Source: an uncultured delta proteobacterium
GTDB lineage: Bacteria; Desulfobacterota; Binatia; HRBIN30; BPIQ01
Assembly: GCA_963761335.1 (NCBI GenBank)
Contig: CAVXGR010000025.1
Coordinates: 32,001-96,000, forward strand
Length of the DNA stretch: 64,000 bases
Direction: 5' to 3'
The stretch's first letter is position 1; each line of letters opens with the position of its first letter. The notes beneath the pieces are model-generated. The model made no database searches, was not told the origin of the DNA, and saw only the letters and a list, made by a program, of their open reading frames with translations. Both the position numbers and the translations under genes were made by a program. Of the stretch, positions 38,674-49,360 are shown piece by piece.

Positions 38674-41600
38674 ATGCGCGCCGCCGCCCATCTGCCTCGT
38701 CTCGATCGTCTGGACGACGCCGCACCGCATGCGCGTCTGCTCTCGAATGGCTCCTATACGGTGCTCATCAGCAGCGCGGGCACCGGCCTCTCCACCTGGG
38801 GGGATACGGCGCTGACCGCCTGGAGCGGTGACCGCACCGAGGATGGCGACGGCGTCTTCCTCTACATACGCGATCTCGACGACGGACGCTTCTGGTCGGC
38901 AACGGTACAGCCGGTGACCGCGGGTTTCGACTCGCACGGCGCCGCGTATGCCGACGGATGCATGCGTCTGAGCCGGACCCAGTGCGGCGTCGAGACGCAG
39001 GTCGATATCGCCGTGGCACCGCACGCGCCGCTGGAGGTGCGGCGGCTGCGACTGCGCAATCTCGGCGACCGGCCGCGCCGCCTCGAGGTCACCACCTACG
39101 CCGAGGTCGTCCTTCAGCAACGGGCAGCGCACGCTGCACACCCGGCGTTCTCGAAGCTCTTCGTCGAGACCTTCTTCGAGCCCGCAAGCGAGCTGCTGTT
39201 GGCGAGTCGCCGGCCGCGCAGCGACGGCGAGCCGCGGCGTTGGATGGCGCAGGCGCTGCTCGGCCCCGGAAGCGCGCAGTGGGAGTCGGACCGCGGCCGC
39301 TTTCTCGGACGGGGACGAACCCCGACAGATCCGCTGGCCCTGAGCGGAGACCTCTCCGGAAGCAGCGGCCGCGTCCTCGACCCCGTGCTGGCCATGCGCC
39401 GCCGCGTCTCCCTGGCCGCGGGTGAAGCCGCCGAGCTCGCCGCCATCATCGCCGCGGGAGACTCGCGTTCCGGCGTGCGAGCGGCGATCGCCCCGCTGCG
39501 GTCCGACCCGGCCGGGGTCGGCGCGACCTTCGCGGCGGCGGCCGCCGCCGAAGGCGCCGTGCGCAGCCGCCTGCAGCTCGACGAACGGGATGCCGCCTAT
39601 CTCCAGGAGCTGGCGGGCGCCATGCTCTACGGTCGCGCCGCGCTGCGCGCCGCCGTCAGGGCGCGGCGCGCCCCCGGCACTCTCGATCGCAGCATCTACG
39701 GCTTGCGCTCCGAAGCGCTGCTGGTGCTGGCCGAGATCGGCGCCGCCGATGCGGAGACCCTCGTCCCCGAGATCGCTGCGGCGCGCGCCTACTGGGGCGC
39801 TCGCGGCGTCCGCATCGAGCTGATCGTCCTCTGTGATGATCCCGGGTTGGCGGCGACCCGACTGCAGGCGTGCTGGCAGTCCGTGGCCGAGATTCTCCCC
39901 GGCGCGACACCGGGAAATATCGCCGTTCACGGCGCTGCCGAGGTCGGCGCGGAGGCGCGGGCGAAGATGCGCGCCGCCGCCGACCTGGCGATTCGCCACA
40001 GCTTTCCAATCCTCAGGGAACCGAGGCGGAACCGCGCCCGCGGAGGGCAAGCCTCCGGCGTGCCATTGTCTTCAGCGGCGGCTGGGGGTGTCTCGCCGCA
40101 GGCGCGCCCTCGCGAGGATCTCCTCTTCGACAACGGCCACGGGGGCTTCACCGCCGACGGGCGCGAGTACGTCATTCACCTCGATCCGCGAGCCCCCGGC
40201 GGCAGCCGGCCGCCGATGCCGTGGATCAATGTCGTCGCCAACGAGCAGTTCGGCTCCCTGCTGAGCGAGAGCGGCGCCCGCTACACCTGGAGTGGCAACA
40301 GCCGCGAGAACCGACTGACGCCGTGGTACAACGACCCGGTGAGCGACCCGTACGGCGAGGCGCTCTATCTTCGGGACGAGGAGAGCGGCGCGCTGTGGTC
40401 GCCCCTGCCGGGGCCGTCGTCGGCGGCGACGGCCGCCGAGGTGCGCCATGGATTCGGCTATTCGAAGTGGCGACAACGCTGCAGCGACCTGGACCAAGAG
40501 GTCACCATCTTCGTGCCGCGGGCCGATCCGCTGCAGATTGTCCATTTGCATCTCACCAATCTCGGGGAGGGACCGCGACGCCTGTCGGCCTTCTCCTATC
40601 ACCGGCTGGTTCTCGGGCCGCAGCAGTCGCAGAGCGTGCGCACCGAGATCGATTCCGAGGCGCTCCTGCTGCTCGCCGTGAACCCGATGAACGGCGCCTT
40701 CAGCGACCGGGTCGCCTTTGCTGCCGCGGCGCTCTCGGAGGGCGCACGCTGCTTCCTGAGCGGTGATCGCGCCTCTTTCATCGGCCGCAATCGCCGTCCG
40801 GCCAACGCCGCGCTCCCGAGCAGCGGGGCGGACCTCGACGGCCGCAGCGGCGCCGATCTGGATCCGTGCGCGGCGCTGCAGGTAAAGCTCGAGCTGCTGC
40901 CGGCTGCCTCGGTGGACGTCTTCTTTCTCTTCGGCCAGACCGAGAGCGCTGCGGCGGCGCGGACCCTGGTGGAGCGCTACCGCCGACCCGGTGTCGCGGC
41001 GGAGGCGCTCGCCGGGGTGCGGCGCTTCTGGCAGGAGACGCTCTCGGCGATCTCCGTGGAGACGCCGGTACGATCGCTCGACCTGATGCTCAACGGCTGG
41101 CTTCTCTATCAGGCGCTCGCCTGTCGATTGTGGGCGCGCTCGGCATTCTATCAGTCGGGCGGCGCCTTCGGCTTCCGCGACCAGCTACAGGACTCGGCGG
41201 CGCTGGTCTACGCGCGCCCGGCGCTGATGCGCGCTCAGATCGCCCTGCACGCCGCGCATCAGTTCACCGAGGGGGACGTGCTGCACTGGTGGCATCCACC
41301 CGACGATCGCGGCACGCGCACGCGCTTCGCCGACGACCTCCTGTGGATGCCGTATCTGGCCGCCTTCTACGCCCGCAGCACGGGCGACTGGGGAATATTC
41401 GACGAGACCGCGGCATACGTCAGCGCGCGGCGGCTCGAGCCGGGAGAGGACGAGGCATATCTGCGCTCGTCGCCCTCCACCGAGACCTCGGACATCTACG
41501 AGCACTGCTGCCGGGCGATCGACCGCTCTCTTGCCCTCGGCGCGCATGGCCTGCCGCTCATGGGAACCGGAGACTGGAACGACGGCATGAACCGCGTCGG

Positions 41601-42555
41601 CCGCGAGGGGCGCGGCGAGAGCGTGTGGATGGCGTTCTTCCTCCACGACGTCCTCGTCCAGTTCGAGCCGGTTTGCGAGCGCCGCGGCGACGACCAGCGC
41701 CTGCGGCGCTATCGCCAGCACCGCCTCCGGCTGCAGGCGGCGATCGACGGATCGGCGTGGGATGGCCGTTGGTATCGCCGGGCCTACTACGACGACGGCA
41801 CGCCTCTCGGCTCGGCCGAGAACGACGAGTGCCGCATCGACGCTCTGGCGCAGGCCTGGGCCGTGATCTCCGGCACCGCGCCTGCGGATCGAGCCCGGAC
41901 GGCTCTCGACGCCGTCGAGGAGCTTCTCGTCTCCGAAGAGGCAGGCATCATTCGACTTCTCACGCCGCCGTTCGACACGACCGCGCACGACCCCGGCTAC
42001 ATCAAAGGATATCTGCCCGGCATCCGCGAGAACGGGGGCCAGTACACACACGCCGCCGTGTGGGTGGTGCGCGCCATGGCGGAGATCGGCCGGCGCGACC
42101 GAGCCGCGGAGCTCCTCGAACGCCTCGGCCCCGTGTGGCACGGCCGCAGCCGCGCCGCGGTCGCCGCATATCAGGTGGAGCCCTACGTGGTGGCGGCCGA
42201 TATCTACGGCCTCGCGCCGCACCTCGGCCGCGGCGGCTGGACCTGGTACACCGGCTCGGCCGCGTGGATGTACCGCGTCGCCCTCGAGTCGATCCTCGGG
42301 CTGACCCTGGAGGAGGGCAGGGCGCTGCGCCTGCGCCCGCGTTTTCCCGACTCCTGGCCGCGGGCGCGGCTGTCCTACACGCTCCCGGAGCAGACGACGA
42401 GATACGAGATCGAGCTGCTCAACCCGAGCGGCAACGCCGGCGACGTGCGGTCGGCCACCATCGACGGGGAGCCTGCGGAAATCGCCGCCGGCGTGGCGAT
42501 CGTGCCGTTCCGCAGCGACGGTCAGGTGCACCGCGTCACCGTCGTCCTCGGGTAG
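38674..42555 (+). CDS. GH94 phosphorylase module homologous to the C-terminal part of cyclic beta-1,2-glucan synthase (Cgs/NdvB)
   Basis: Two GT36-like N-domains (LLSNGSY, HPAFSKLFVET, PWINVVAN, NSRENRLTPW). Catalytic domain FYQSGGAFGFRDQLQD, GDWNDGMN, RENGGQYTHAAVW and GRGGWTWYTGSA. No TM segments seen. Confidence 0.9.
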   Translation: MRAAAHLPRLDRLDDAAPHARLLSNGSYTVLISSAGTGLSTWGDTALTAWSGDRTEDGDGVFLYIRDLDDGRFWSATVQPVTAGFDSHGAAYADGCMRLSRTQCGVETQVDIAVAPHAPLEVRRLRLRNLGDRPRRLEVTTYAEVVLQQRAAHAAHPAFSKLFVETFFEPASELLLASRRPRSDGEPRRWMAQALLGPGSAQWESDRGRFLGRGRTPTDPLALSGDLSGSSGRVLDPVLAMRRRVSLAAGEAAELAAIIAAGDSRSGVRAAIAPLRSDPAGVGATFAAAAAAEGAVRSRLQLDERDAAYLQELAGAMLYGRAALRAAVRARRAPGTLDRSIYGLRSEALLVLAEIGAADAETLVPEIAAARAYWGARGVRIELIVLCDDPGLAATRLQACWQSVAEILPGATPGNIAVHGAAEVGAEARAKMRAAADLAIRHSFPILREPRRNRARGGQASGVPLSSAAAGGVSPQARPREDLLFDNGHGGFTADGREYVIHLDPRAPGGSRPPMPWINVVANEQFGSLLSESGARYTWSGNSRENRLTPWYNDPVSDPYGEALYLRDEESGALWSPLPGPSSAATAAEVRHGFGYSKWRQRCSDLDQEVTIFVPRADPLQIVHLHLTNLGEGPRRLSAFSYHRLVLGPQQSQSVRTEIDSEALLLLAVNPMNGAFSDRVAFAAAALSEGARCFLSGDRASFIGRNRRPANAALPSSGADLDGRSGADLDPCAALQVKLELLPAASVDVFFLFGQTESAAAARTLVERYRRPGVAAEALAGVRRFWQETLSAISVETPVRSLDLMLNGWLLYQALACRLWARSAFYQSGGAFGFRDQLQDSAALVYARPALMRAQIALHAAHQFTEGDVLHWWHPPDDRGTRTRFADDLLWMPYLAAFYARSTGDWGIFDETAAYVSARRLEPGEDEAYLRSSPSTETSDIYEHCCRAIDRSLALGAHGLPLMGTGDWNDGMNRVGREGRGESVWMAFFLHDVLVQFEPVCERRGDDQRLRRYRQHRLRLQAAIDGSAWDGRWYRRAYYDDGTPLGSAENDECRIDALAQAWAVISGTAPADRARTALDAVEELLVSEEAGIIRLLTPPFDTTAHDPGYIKGYLPGIRENGGQYTHAAVWVVRAMAEIGRRDRAAELLERLGPVWHGRSRAAVAAYQVEPYVVAADIYGLAPHLGRGGWTWYTGSAAWMYRVALESILGLTLEEGRALRLRPRFPDSWPRARLSYTLPEQTTRYEIELLNPSGNAGDVRSATIDGEPAEIAAGVAIVPFRSDGQVHRVTVVLG

Positions 42556-42605
42556 AGGGCGTCTCGGGGCAGCTCTTCGAAGCGTCGGCGTTGGTTGGGC
42601 CGCGG

Positions 42606-43700
<1,095 letters not shown>

Positions 43701-43731
43701 TGACGTCAGGGGCGATCCGGAGCTTCGGCTC

Positions 43732-43836
43732 CGGAGGCTCTCTCGAGACCTGGGCAAACCAGTTCCGCCGGTCCGTGGGCCACGTAGAAGCGGCTCTCGC
43801 CGCTTCGGAAAGCGCCGGGACGGCGCTTCTACTGGG
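43732..43836. repeat. Single complete unit of the 84-bp REP-doublet element including the left terminal sequence
   Basis: CGGAGGCTCTCTCGAGACCTGGGCA... aligns to 7361 CGGAGGCTGTCTCAAACACCTGGGCA, then GTAGAAGCGGC-TCTCGCCGCTTCGGAAAGCGCCGGGACGGCGCTTCTAC. Confidence 0.85.
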
Positions 43837-43861
43837 GAAGATCCGATGATGTCCTACGCTC

Positions 43862-43956
43862 CGCCCCGTCAGGGGCGCCGGCACATGTCCCCGCGCCCCT
43901 GACGGGGCGCGCCTTGCGGCGTCGTCCGATCTTCCCCGGGTTACACCCGGGGCTAC
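43862..43956. repeat. Second REP-like family: 17-bp perfect inverted repeat plus a GTAG hairpin
   Basis: CGCCCCGTCAGGGGCGC (43862-43878) pairs with GCGCCCCTGACGGGGCG (43893-43909). Minus-strand GTAG-CCCCGGG-TGTAA-CCCGGGG at 43934-43956. Confidence 0.8.
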
Positions 43957-43960
43957 ACGC

Positions 43961-44170
43961 CGGCGCCCCCTTCGGGGGCGAAGACATTCGGATCGCCGGG
44001 TTCCGACCGGGGTTGGATACCGGCGCCCCCTTCGGGGGCGAAGACATTCGGATCGCCGGGTTCCGACCGGGGTTGGATACCTGCGCCCCCTTCGGGGGCG
44101 AAGACATTCGGATCGCCGGGTTCCGACCGGGGTTGGATACCTGCGCCCCCTTCGGGGGCAAGGACATTCG
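43961..44170. repeat. 60-bp tandem repeat, about 3.5 near-identical copies, each with a CGCCCCC-TTC-GGGGGCG hairpin
   Basis: Exact 60-nt periodicity visible at 43961, 44021, 44081 and 44141. Confidence 0.92.
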
Positions 44171-44210
44171 CACCGCCCTGTTTCGAGCGGGGCTGCAGGC
44201 CTGCGGTTTC

Positions 44211-46262
44211 TCATTCGAAGAAGTTCTCTTCGCCGATGAGCGGCAGAGCCGCGGCGGCGATCGGGTCGGCGGCGAAGTACTTCTGGATGCAGCCGTCGCG
44301 CAGATAGTTGGCGGCGGAAATCAGGACCATCGACTGGTCGAGGGCTATGTATTCGAAGGCGACCTCTCCGGTGAGCGGATTCACGGCGTCATAGAAACCA
44401 TAGTCGCCGTAGATGTCATAGAGCTCGAGCATGCGCCGCAGATCGGCGACTGCCGCCTCCGGGGTGACGTTCAGGGCAAGGGCGGCGGCGTAGGGCGCCA
44501 CCGCCCCGGCCCCGTAGCCGAGGGAACCGAGGACCTTCACCCCGTACTCGCCGTAGCCGTGGCCGCTGGGCGTGGCGCTGGGCGACATTCCCCACACCTC
44601 GTAGCCAAGCTCCTCGAGCGCGTAGCGTTTCTGCACCTCGGCGTGCACGCGGTCGTTGATGCCCAGGCTCTGTGGAGCGTAGCGCTGCTCGTCGAGGACC
44701 AGGAGCGGCATCAGTGCCTCGAACATGCTCCCTCCCCAGGAGGGCACGAAGTCGATCCCCTTCCACCGGTAGTAGCCACCGGTGAGGCGATAGCCGTTGA
44801 TGCTCTTCGCGTGGCGATGCACAGGGGTCATGGTCTGCCAGCTGCGTTGCGGCGGAAAGGTGCGCACCAGATGGAACCAGTGCTCCGGCGGCACGTCGCC
44901 CTTGCCGATGGCGATCAGACTGCCGATGCGCGCCTCGGTGTAGAGGGCGCCGTAATGATACTCCGAGCGCGTCGGCACGTTGATGTAGTACCCGTGCGAC
45001 ATCTGCTCCTGCACCTCGTCGTAGAAGAAGCCGTAGTTGCCGCGCGCGATCAATGTGGAGCACGCCGGCGCCACCTCGGGAAAGGCGGAGCGCGCCACCA
45101 GCAGGCCGGCGGTGAGCCAGGAGGAGTCGACGAACGACAGGAAGTTGCTGGTCCGCTCGAGAGTGGTGGTGTCGTAGTAGTTGAAGAAGAAGCCGGCGAA
45201 GGTCTCCATCTGCCCGAGGGTGCGCAGTGTCCTCTCGAGGCGAGTCACCGCTTCCGGCCGCGGGATGAAGCCGAGCTCGTACGCCGAGACCACCGCCATC
45301 AGGTGCAGGCCGATGTTGGTGACGTTGGTGTAGTCGCCGATCTCCGACTGCGCCGGGTCGAGAGAGGTCGCCAGCCGCAGGTGGTCGATCGGCAAGCCGT
45401 TGTCCCGGTGCGTGAGGGCGTCGAGTCCCCTCCAGGTGTCGCGCGCCATGCGCAGCAGAAGCTCGCGATCGTCCGCCGGCATCTCCGCCTGTGGGGTCAG
45501 CAGCCGCGAGGGCCAGCCGGAGAGTGAGGCGCGGATCCGCGCGCCAGCCGCCGCCGCGCCGCCGAGCGTCTGCTCCCACTCCTGCTTGCGCGCCGCGACG
45601 ACGCGATCGCCGATCCTCGGGCTCGGACGCCCGGTTCTCCACAGCTCGATGTCGTCGATCAGGTACGTTCCCCGGCGCGTCGTGACTCGCCGCGGCTCGA
45701 AGCTGAAGAAGAAGTCGCTGAGGTGCGTCCATTCGGCGATGCCGCTCATACGGTTCAGCGGCACCACCACCTGCTGCCATTCCGAGGATACGCCGGTCAC
45801 CACGGCGCTGCCGGTCTCGATCAGGTCCCGCGTGCCGGGCTGCGGCCGCCGAAAGCCAACCTTGAAGCGGGGGCTGAAGCCGTCCTCGGCATCGCCTTTC
45901 ACCCAGAAGGCGAGATGGTCGTAACCCGAGGCGTCGAGGTCATCGAGGAGGATGCGCAGCCCGATCGCCTCGGTTGTCTGCGGCCCGAGGACATAGTGGA
46001 GGCGCAGCGAGCTCCCCGCCGTTCCCGGCCGGGTTCCCGGATCCATGCGGATCTCGATGCGGGAATCGGGAGTCTCGGCACGATCGGCGGGAATACTGCG
46101 GTAGCGATCCGGTGACTCCATGCCGTGCACCTCGAAGTCGTCGAGCACCAGGCGCTGCAGAACCGCGTTCGGAGTGGACAGGGGAGTGGGTTCATCGGCG
46201 CCCGCCGCCGCGGCGCACAGCGCCGCCAGCAGCAAGCAGGCCAACAACGTGGAGCGACTCAC
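44211..46262 (-). CDS. Secreted CBM11-like + DUF3131/glycoamylase-domain protein (beta-1,2-glucanase clan, Cgs middle-domain-like)
   Basis: GGAGG RBS and GTG 46262, signal peptide. YDHLAFWVKG...WQQVVVPL CBM-like domain, then YTNVTNIGL, FFFNYYD, SFVDS, TEARI, PSWGGSMFEALMP, WGMSPS, YGFYDAVN and LDQSM. Confidence 0.8.
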   Translation of the reverse strand: MSRSTLLACLLLAALCAAAAGADEPTPLSTPNAVLQRLVLDDFEVHGMESPDRYRSIPADRAETPDSRIEIRMDPGTRPGTAGSSLRLHYVLGPQTTEAIGLRILLDDLDASGYDHLAFWVKGDAEDGFSPRFKVGFRRPQPGTRDLIETGSAVVTGVSSEWQQVVVPLNRMSGIAEWTHLSDFFFSFEPRRVTTRRGTYLIDDIELWRTGRPSPRIGDRVVAARKQEWEQTLGGAAAAGARIRASLSGWPSRLLTPQAEMPADDRELLLRMARDTWRGLDALTHRDNGLPIDHLRLATSLDPAQSEIGDYTNVTNIGLHLMAVVSAYELGFIPRPEAVTRLERTLRTLGQMETFAGFFFNYYDTTTLERTSNFLSFVDSSWLTAGLLVARSAFPEVAPACSTLIARGNYGFFYDEVQEQMSHGYYINVPTRSEYHYGALYTEARIGSLIAIGKGDVPPEHWFHLVRTFPPQRSWQTMTPVHRHAKSINGYRLTGGYYRWKGIDFVPSWGGSMFEALMPLLVLDEQRYAPQSLGINDRVHAEVQKRYALEELGYEVWGMSPSATPSGHGYGEYGVKVLGSLGYGAGAVAPYAAALALNVTPEAAVADLRRMLELYDIYGDYGFYDAVNPLTGEVAFEYIALDQSMVLISAANYLRDGCIQKYFAADPIAAAALPLIGEENFFE

Positions 46263-46287
46263 GATACCTCCGGCGGATTCCCGCGGC

Positions 46288-47841
46288 TCATGTGAAGCGC
46301 TTGATCTGCCGCCACGCGTCGGGAAGCGGCAGCCGCAGATCGCGGCAGACGTACACGGGCAGGTTGGTTTCGAGGGGCATCGCCCACGGCGACTCGACGA
46401 CTGCCGCCTTCTCGACCGATCGGAAGTACCGCTCGAGGTCCTCTCGCGGTATGCCCACGGCGATCGCCAGCGAGCCGTCGGTGCCCCCCGGTCCCCAGAG
46501 CCAGTAGTTGTTGTGCGGTGAGATGGCCCGGGGCAAGCCGTCGCCTGCCCCGAAGAAATCGATGGCGCCCGCCTCGCCGTAGTTGCCGGCGAGAATCGCG
46601 GCGCGGGAGCGCTCGGGCGGCGGCAGAGAGGCATAGACGCCGGCCACGACTTCCACCAGGTGCGGCCAGCCGAAGCGGTCGGCGAAGATCTGCGGCAGCG
46701 CACCGAGCGGGCTGCGCTCCTCCCGGGGAGGACCGATGCCGATGAAGCGCAGATACCCCGCCAGCGCCCGGGGCGGCAGCACGGGCAGGGCGAGCGGGGC
46801 CACGGCGATGCCGCCGATGCTCAACCAGAGGGCCGCGGCGGCCGGCAACCAGCGCCAACGGCGCGCGGCCAGGCGCTCGACCAGGACACCTCCCGCTGCC
46901 AGCAGCGGCGGGTAGGCGGGAAAGAGATAGTAGGGCTTGCCGTGCTGCGCCATGAGCAGTGCCAGGACGAAGAGATAGGCAAGCCCGAGGGCGCGATAGG
47001 GCCGCAGCGCTGCCGAGAAGAGCAGGGCGCCGAGCCCGGCGATCCACAGCGGCGCCACCAGCGGGTTGCTGTCGATCAGCTGCGCCCCGATGAAGGTGCC
47101 CGGCGACATCGGCATATTCTTGTACAGCATGGCGTTGTGCATGAACTCGAGCGTGGGAAAGCCATGGGCCGCCTGCCACAGCAGATGGGGTAGGAAGAGC
47201 AGGGCGGCGAGCGCCCCGCCGGCGACGAGCCAGCGACTCCACAGAAGCCGCCGCTGCGGTGTGAGCAGCAGGCCGGCGAGCAAGCCGGTCGAAAAGAAAG
47301 CGACGCTGATCTTGTTGAGCAGCCCGAGGCCCATGAGCGCCCCGAACGCCAGCCACAGGCGATCGTCGCCGGTGCAGAGCATGCGCGCGGCCAGCAGTGC
47401 CCCGGCGACCCAGAAGAGCATGTCGAAGGCGTTCATCGAGAAGAAGCTGAAGATCGCCAGCGTCGCCGCGGTGAACAGCCAGCCGAGAGCCGCGAGCCAC
47501 TGCGCCGCCCGCCCCCCACCCATCTGGCGCGCCAGCAGACCGGTGAGAAACACACAGGCGCCGGCGGCGAGCGCCACCGGAAGGCGGATGGCCGAGATCG
47601 AATCCCCGAGCAGAGCCCGCGTCAGCGCCAGCACCGCGATCGACAGGGGTGGGTGGTCGACGTAGCCCCACGCCAGATGGTCGCTGCAAGCGATGTAGTA
47701 GAGCTCGTCGCGGAAGTAGCCGTAGGTGCCGTTGGTGAGCAGGTGGACGGCGACCGCGGCGAGCGCCAGCAGCAGCAGGCCGCCGGTGGGGCTCTGCCAT
47801 CGGGGCCGCGCGCGCTCGGGCACGGCGGAGGCGGCAGGCAC
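46288..47841 (-). CDS. GT-C (GT39/ArnT-like) membrane glycosyltransferase
   Basis: YFRDELYY, LAWGYVDHPPL, many TM helices, KPYY and NYGEAGAIDFF. Confidence 0.85.
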   Translation of the reverse strand: MPAASAVPERARPRWQSPTGGLLLLALAAVAVHLLTNGTYGYFRDELYYIACSDHLAWGYVDHPPLSIAVLALTRALLGDSISAIRLPVALAAGACVFLTGLLARQMGGGRAAQWLAALGWLFTAATLAIFSFFSMNAFDMLFWVAGALLAARMLCTGDDRLWLAFGALMGLGLLNKISVAFFSTGLLAGLLLTPQRRLLWSRWLVAGGALAALLFLPHLLWQAAHGFPTLEFMHNAMLYKNMPMSPGTFIGAQLIDSNPLVAPLWIAGLGALLFSAALRPYRALGLAYLFVLALLMAQHGKPYYLFPAYPPLLAAGGVLVERLAARRWRWLPAAAALWLSIGGIAVAPLALPVLPPRALAGYLRFIGIGPPREERSPLGALPQIFADRFGWPHLVEVVAGVYASLPPPERSRAAILAGNYGEAGAIDFFGAGDGLPRAISPHNNYWLWGPGGTDGSLAIAVGIPREDLERYFRSVEKAAVVESPWAMPLETNLPVYVCRDLRLPLPDAWRQIKRFT

Positions 47842-47847
47842 GCGAGC

Positions 47848-49215
47848 TCAGGCCCCGACGCTGGGAAGGCCGGCGAGCGCCATCGCCACCTCGGCGTCCG
47901 GATACTCGTAATTGCGCAGCTTGCCGGCGAAGAAGTCCATGTACGCCTGCATATCGAAATGGCCGTGGCCGCAGAGGTTGAAGAGAATGGCGCGGCTCAC
48001 GCCTTCCTCCTTGCAGCGCACGGCCTCGCGCAGGGCGCCGGCGACGGCGTGATTGGCCTCCGGCGCCGGCAGGATGCCCTCGGCGCGGGCGAAGGCGACC
48101 CCGGCCTCGAAGGCCTCGAGCTGCTGCACCGCCGTGGGCTCCACCTGGCCGAGTGCCGTGACATGGCTCACCAACGGCGCCATGCCGTGGTAGCGCAGAC
48201 CGCCGGAGTGGATGCTCGGCGGCACGAAGCGGCTGCCGAGGGTATGCATCTTCATGAGCGGCGTCAGGTGCGCCGTGTCGCCGAAATCGTACGCGTAGCG
48301 CCCGCGCGTCAGGCTGGGACAGGCGGCCGGCTCGACGGCGACCACGCGCACTGCGGACTCGCCGCGCAGCTTGCGGCCGAGAAAGGGGAAGGCGAGACCG
48401 GCGAAGTTCGAGCCGCCGCCGGTGCAGGCGACGATGACGTCGGGCTCGTCCTCCGCCATCTCCATCTGCTTTTGCGCCTCGAGGCCGATCACCGTCTGAT
48501 GCAGCAGAACGTGGTTGAGAACGCTTCCGAGACTGTACTTGGTGCGCTCGTCCTGGGCGGCGACCTCCACCGCCTCGGAGATGGCCATGCCGAGCGATCC
48601 GCTGCATTCCGGATCCTCGCCGAGAATCGCCCGCCCCGCCGCCGTGGTCGGGCTCGGGCTGGCGATCACCTCGGCGCCGTAGGTTTCGATCAGGGCGCGG
48701 CGATAGGGCTTCTGGTCGTAGCTGACGCGCACCATGAAGACGGTGCACTCCAGACCGAAGAAGCCACAGGCCATCGCCAGCGCCGAGCCCCACTGGCCGG
48801 CGCCGGTCTCGGTGGCCAGGCGGGTGATGCCCTCGCACTTGTTGTAGTAGGCCTGCGGCACCGAGGTGTTGGGCTTGTGCGAGCCGACCGGGCTGACACC
48901 CTCGTACTTGTAGTAGATGCGCGCCGGGGTATCGAGCCATTGCTCGAGTCGGCGGGCGCGGAAGAGCGGTGTCGGCCGCCACATGCGGTAGATATTGCGC
49001 ACCTCGCCGGGAATCTCGACGTCGCGGGCAACACTGGCCTCCTGATGGATCAGCGCCTGCGGAAAGAGCGGCGCCAGGTCGGCCGGACCGATGGGCGCAC
49101 CCGTACCCGGATGAAGAACCGGCGGCGGCGCCTCCGGGAGATCCGCCGCGATGTTGTACCAGGTCTGCGGAATGTCGTCCTCTCCGAGGAGGAACTTGGT
49201 TCGCTCGCGCGCCAT
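47848..49215 (-). CDS. trpB2: TrpB-like PLP enzyme (TrpB2)
   Basis: [14 protein letters not shown] (PLP Lys), [34 protein letters not shown] and [16 protein letters not shown]. Confidence 0.93.
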   Translation of the reverse strand: MARERTKFLLGEDDIPQTWYNIAADLPEAPPPVLHPGTGAPIGPADLAPLFPQALIHQEASVARDVEIPGEVRNIYRMWRPTPLFRARRLEQWLDTPARIYYKYEGVSPVGSHKPNTSVPQAYYNKCEGITRLATETGAGQWGSALAMACGFFGLECTVFMVRVSYDQKPYRRALIETYGAEVIASPSPTTAAGRAILGEDPECSGSLGMAISEAVEVAAQDERTKYSLGSVLNHVLLHQTVIGLEAQKQMEMAEDEPDVIVACTGGGSNFAGLAFPFLGRKLRGESAVRVVAVEPAACPSLTRGRYAYDFGDTAHLTPLMKMHTLGSRFVPPSIHSGGLRYHGMAPLVSHVTALGQVEPTAVQQLEAFEAGVAFARAEGILPAPEANHAVAGALREAVRCKEEGVSRAILFNLCGHGHFDMQAYMDFFAGKLRNYEYPDAEVAMALAGLPSVGA

Positions 49216-49290
49216 GGGCAGCTCCTGGGCCTGAGTAGCAGATCGCTGCCGCAAGCGGAAATCACCGCTCCGGTTGCGCGGCGGCCGAAG

Positions 49291-49342
49291 AGATCGGTCC
49301 CCTCAGCCTGGCCCTCTTCAGGCAATGCGGGAGAGGGGACCC
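49291..49342. repeat. Diverged copy of a CCCTCACCC...CCCTCTCCC-GGGAGAGGG palindromic repeat
   Basis: AGATCGGTCCCCTCAGCCTGGCCCTCT...CAATGCGGGAGAGGGGACCC aligns to 52967-53021. Confidence 0.65.
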
Positions 49343-49360
49343 GAGCTCGCGGCGCCGCTC

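Noticed and set aside
38674..42555. Full cyclic beta-1,2-glucan synthase (ndvB/cgs)
   Set aside because: No GT84, TM or middle domain in this ORF.
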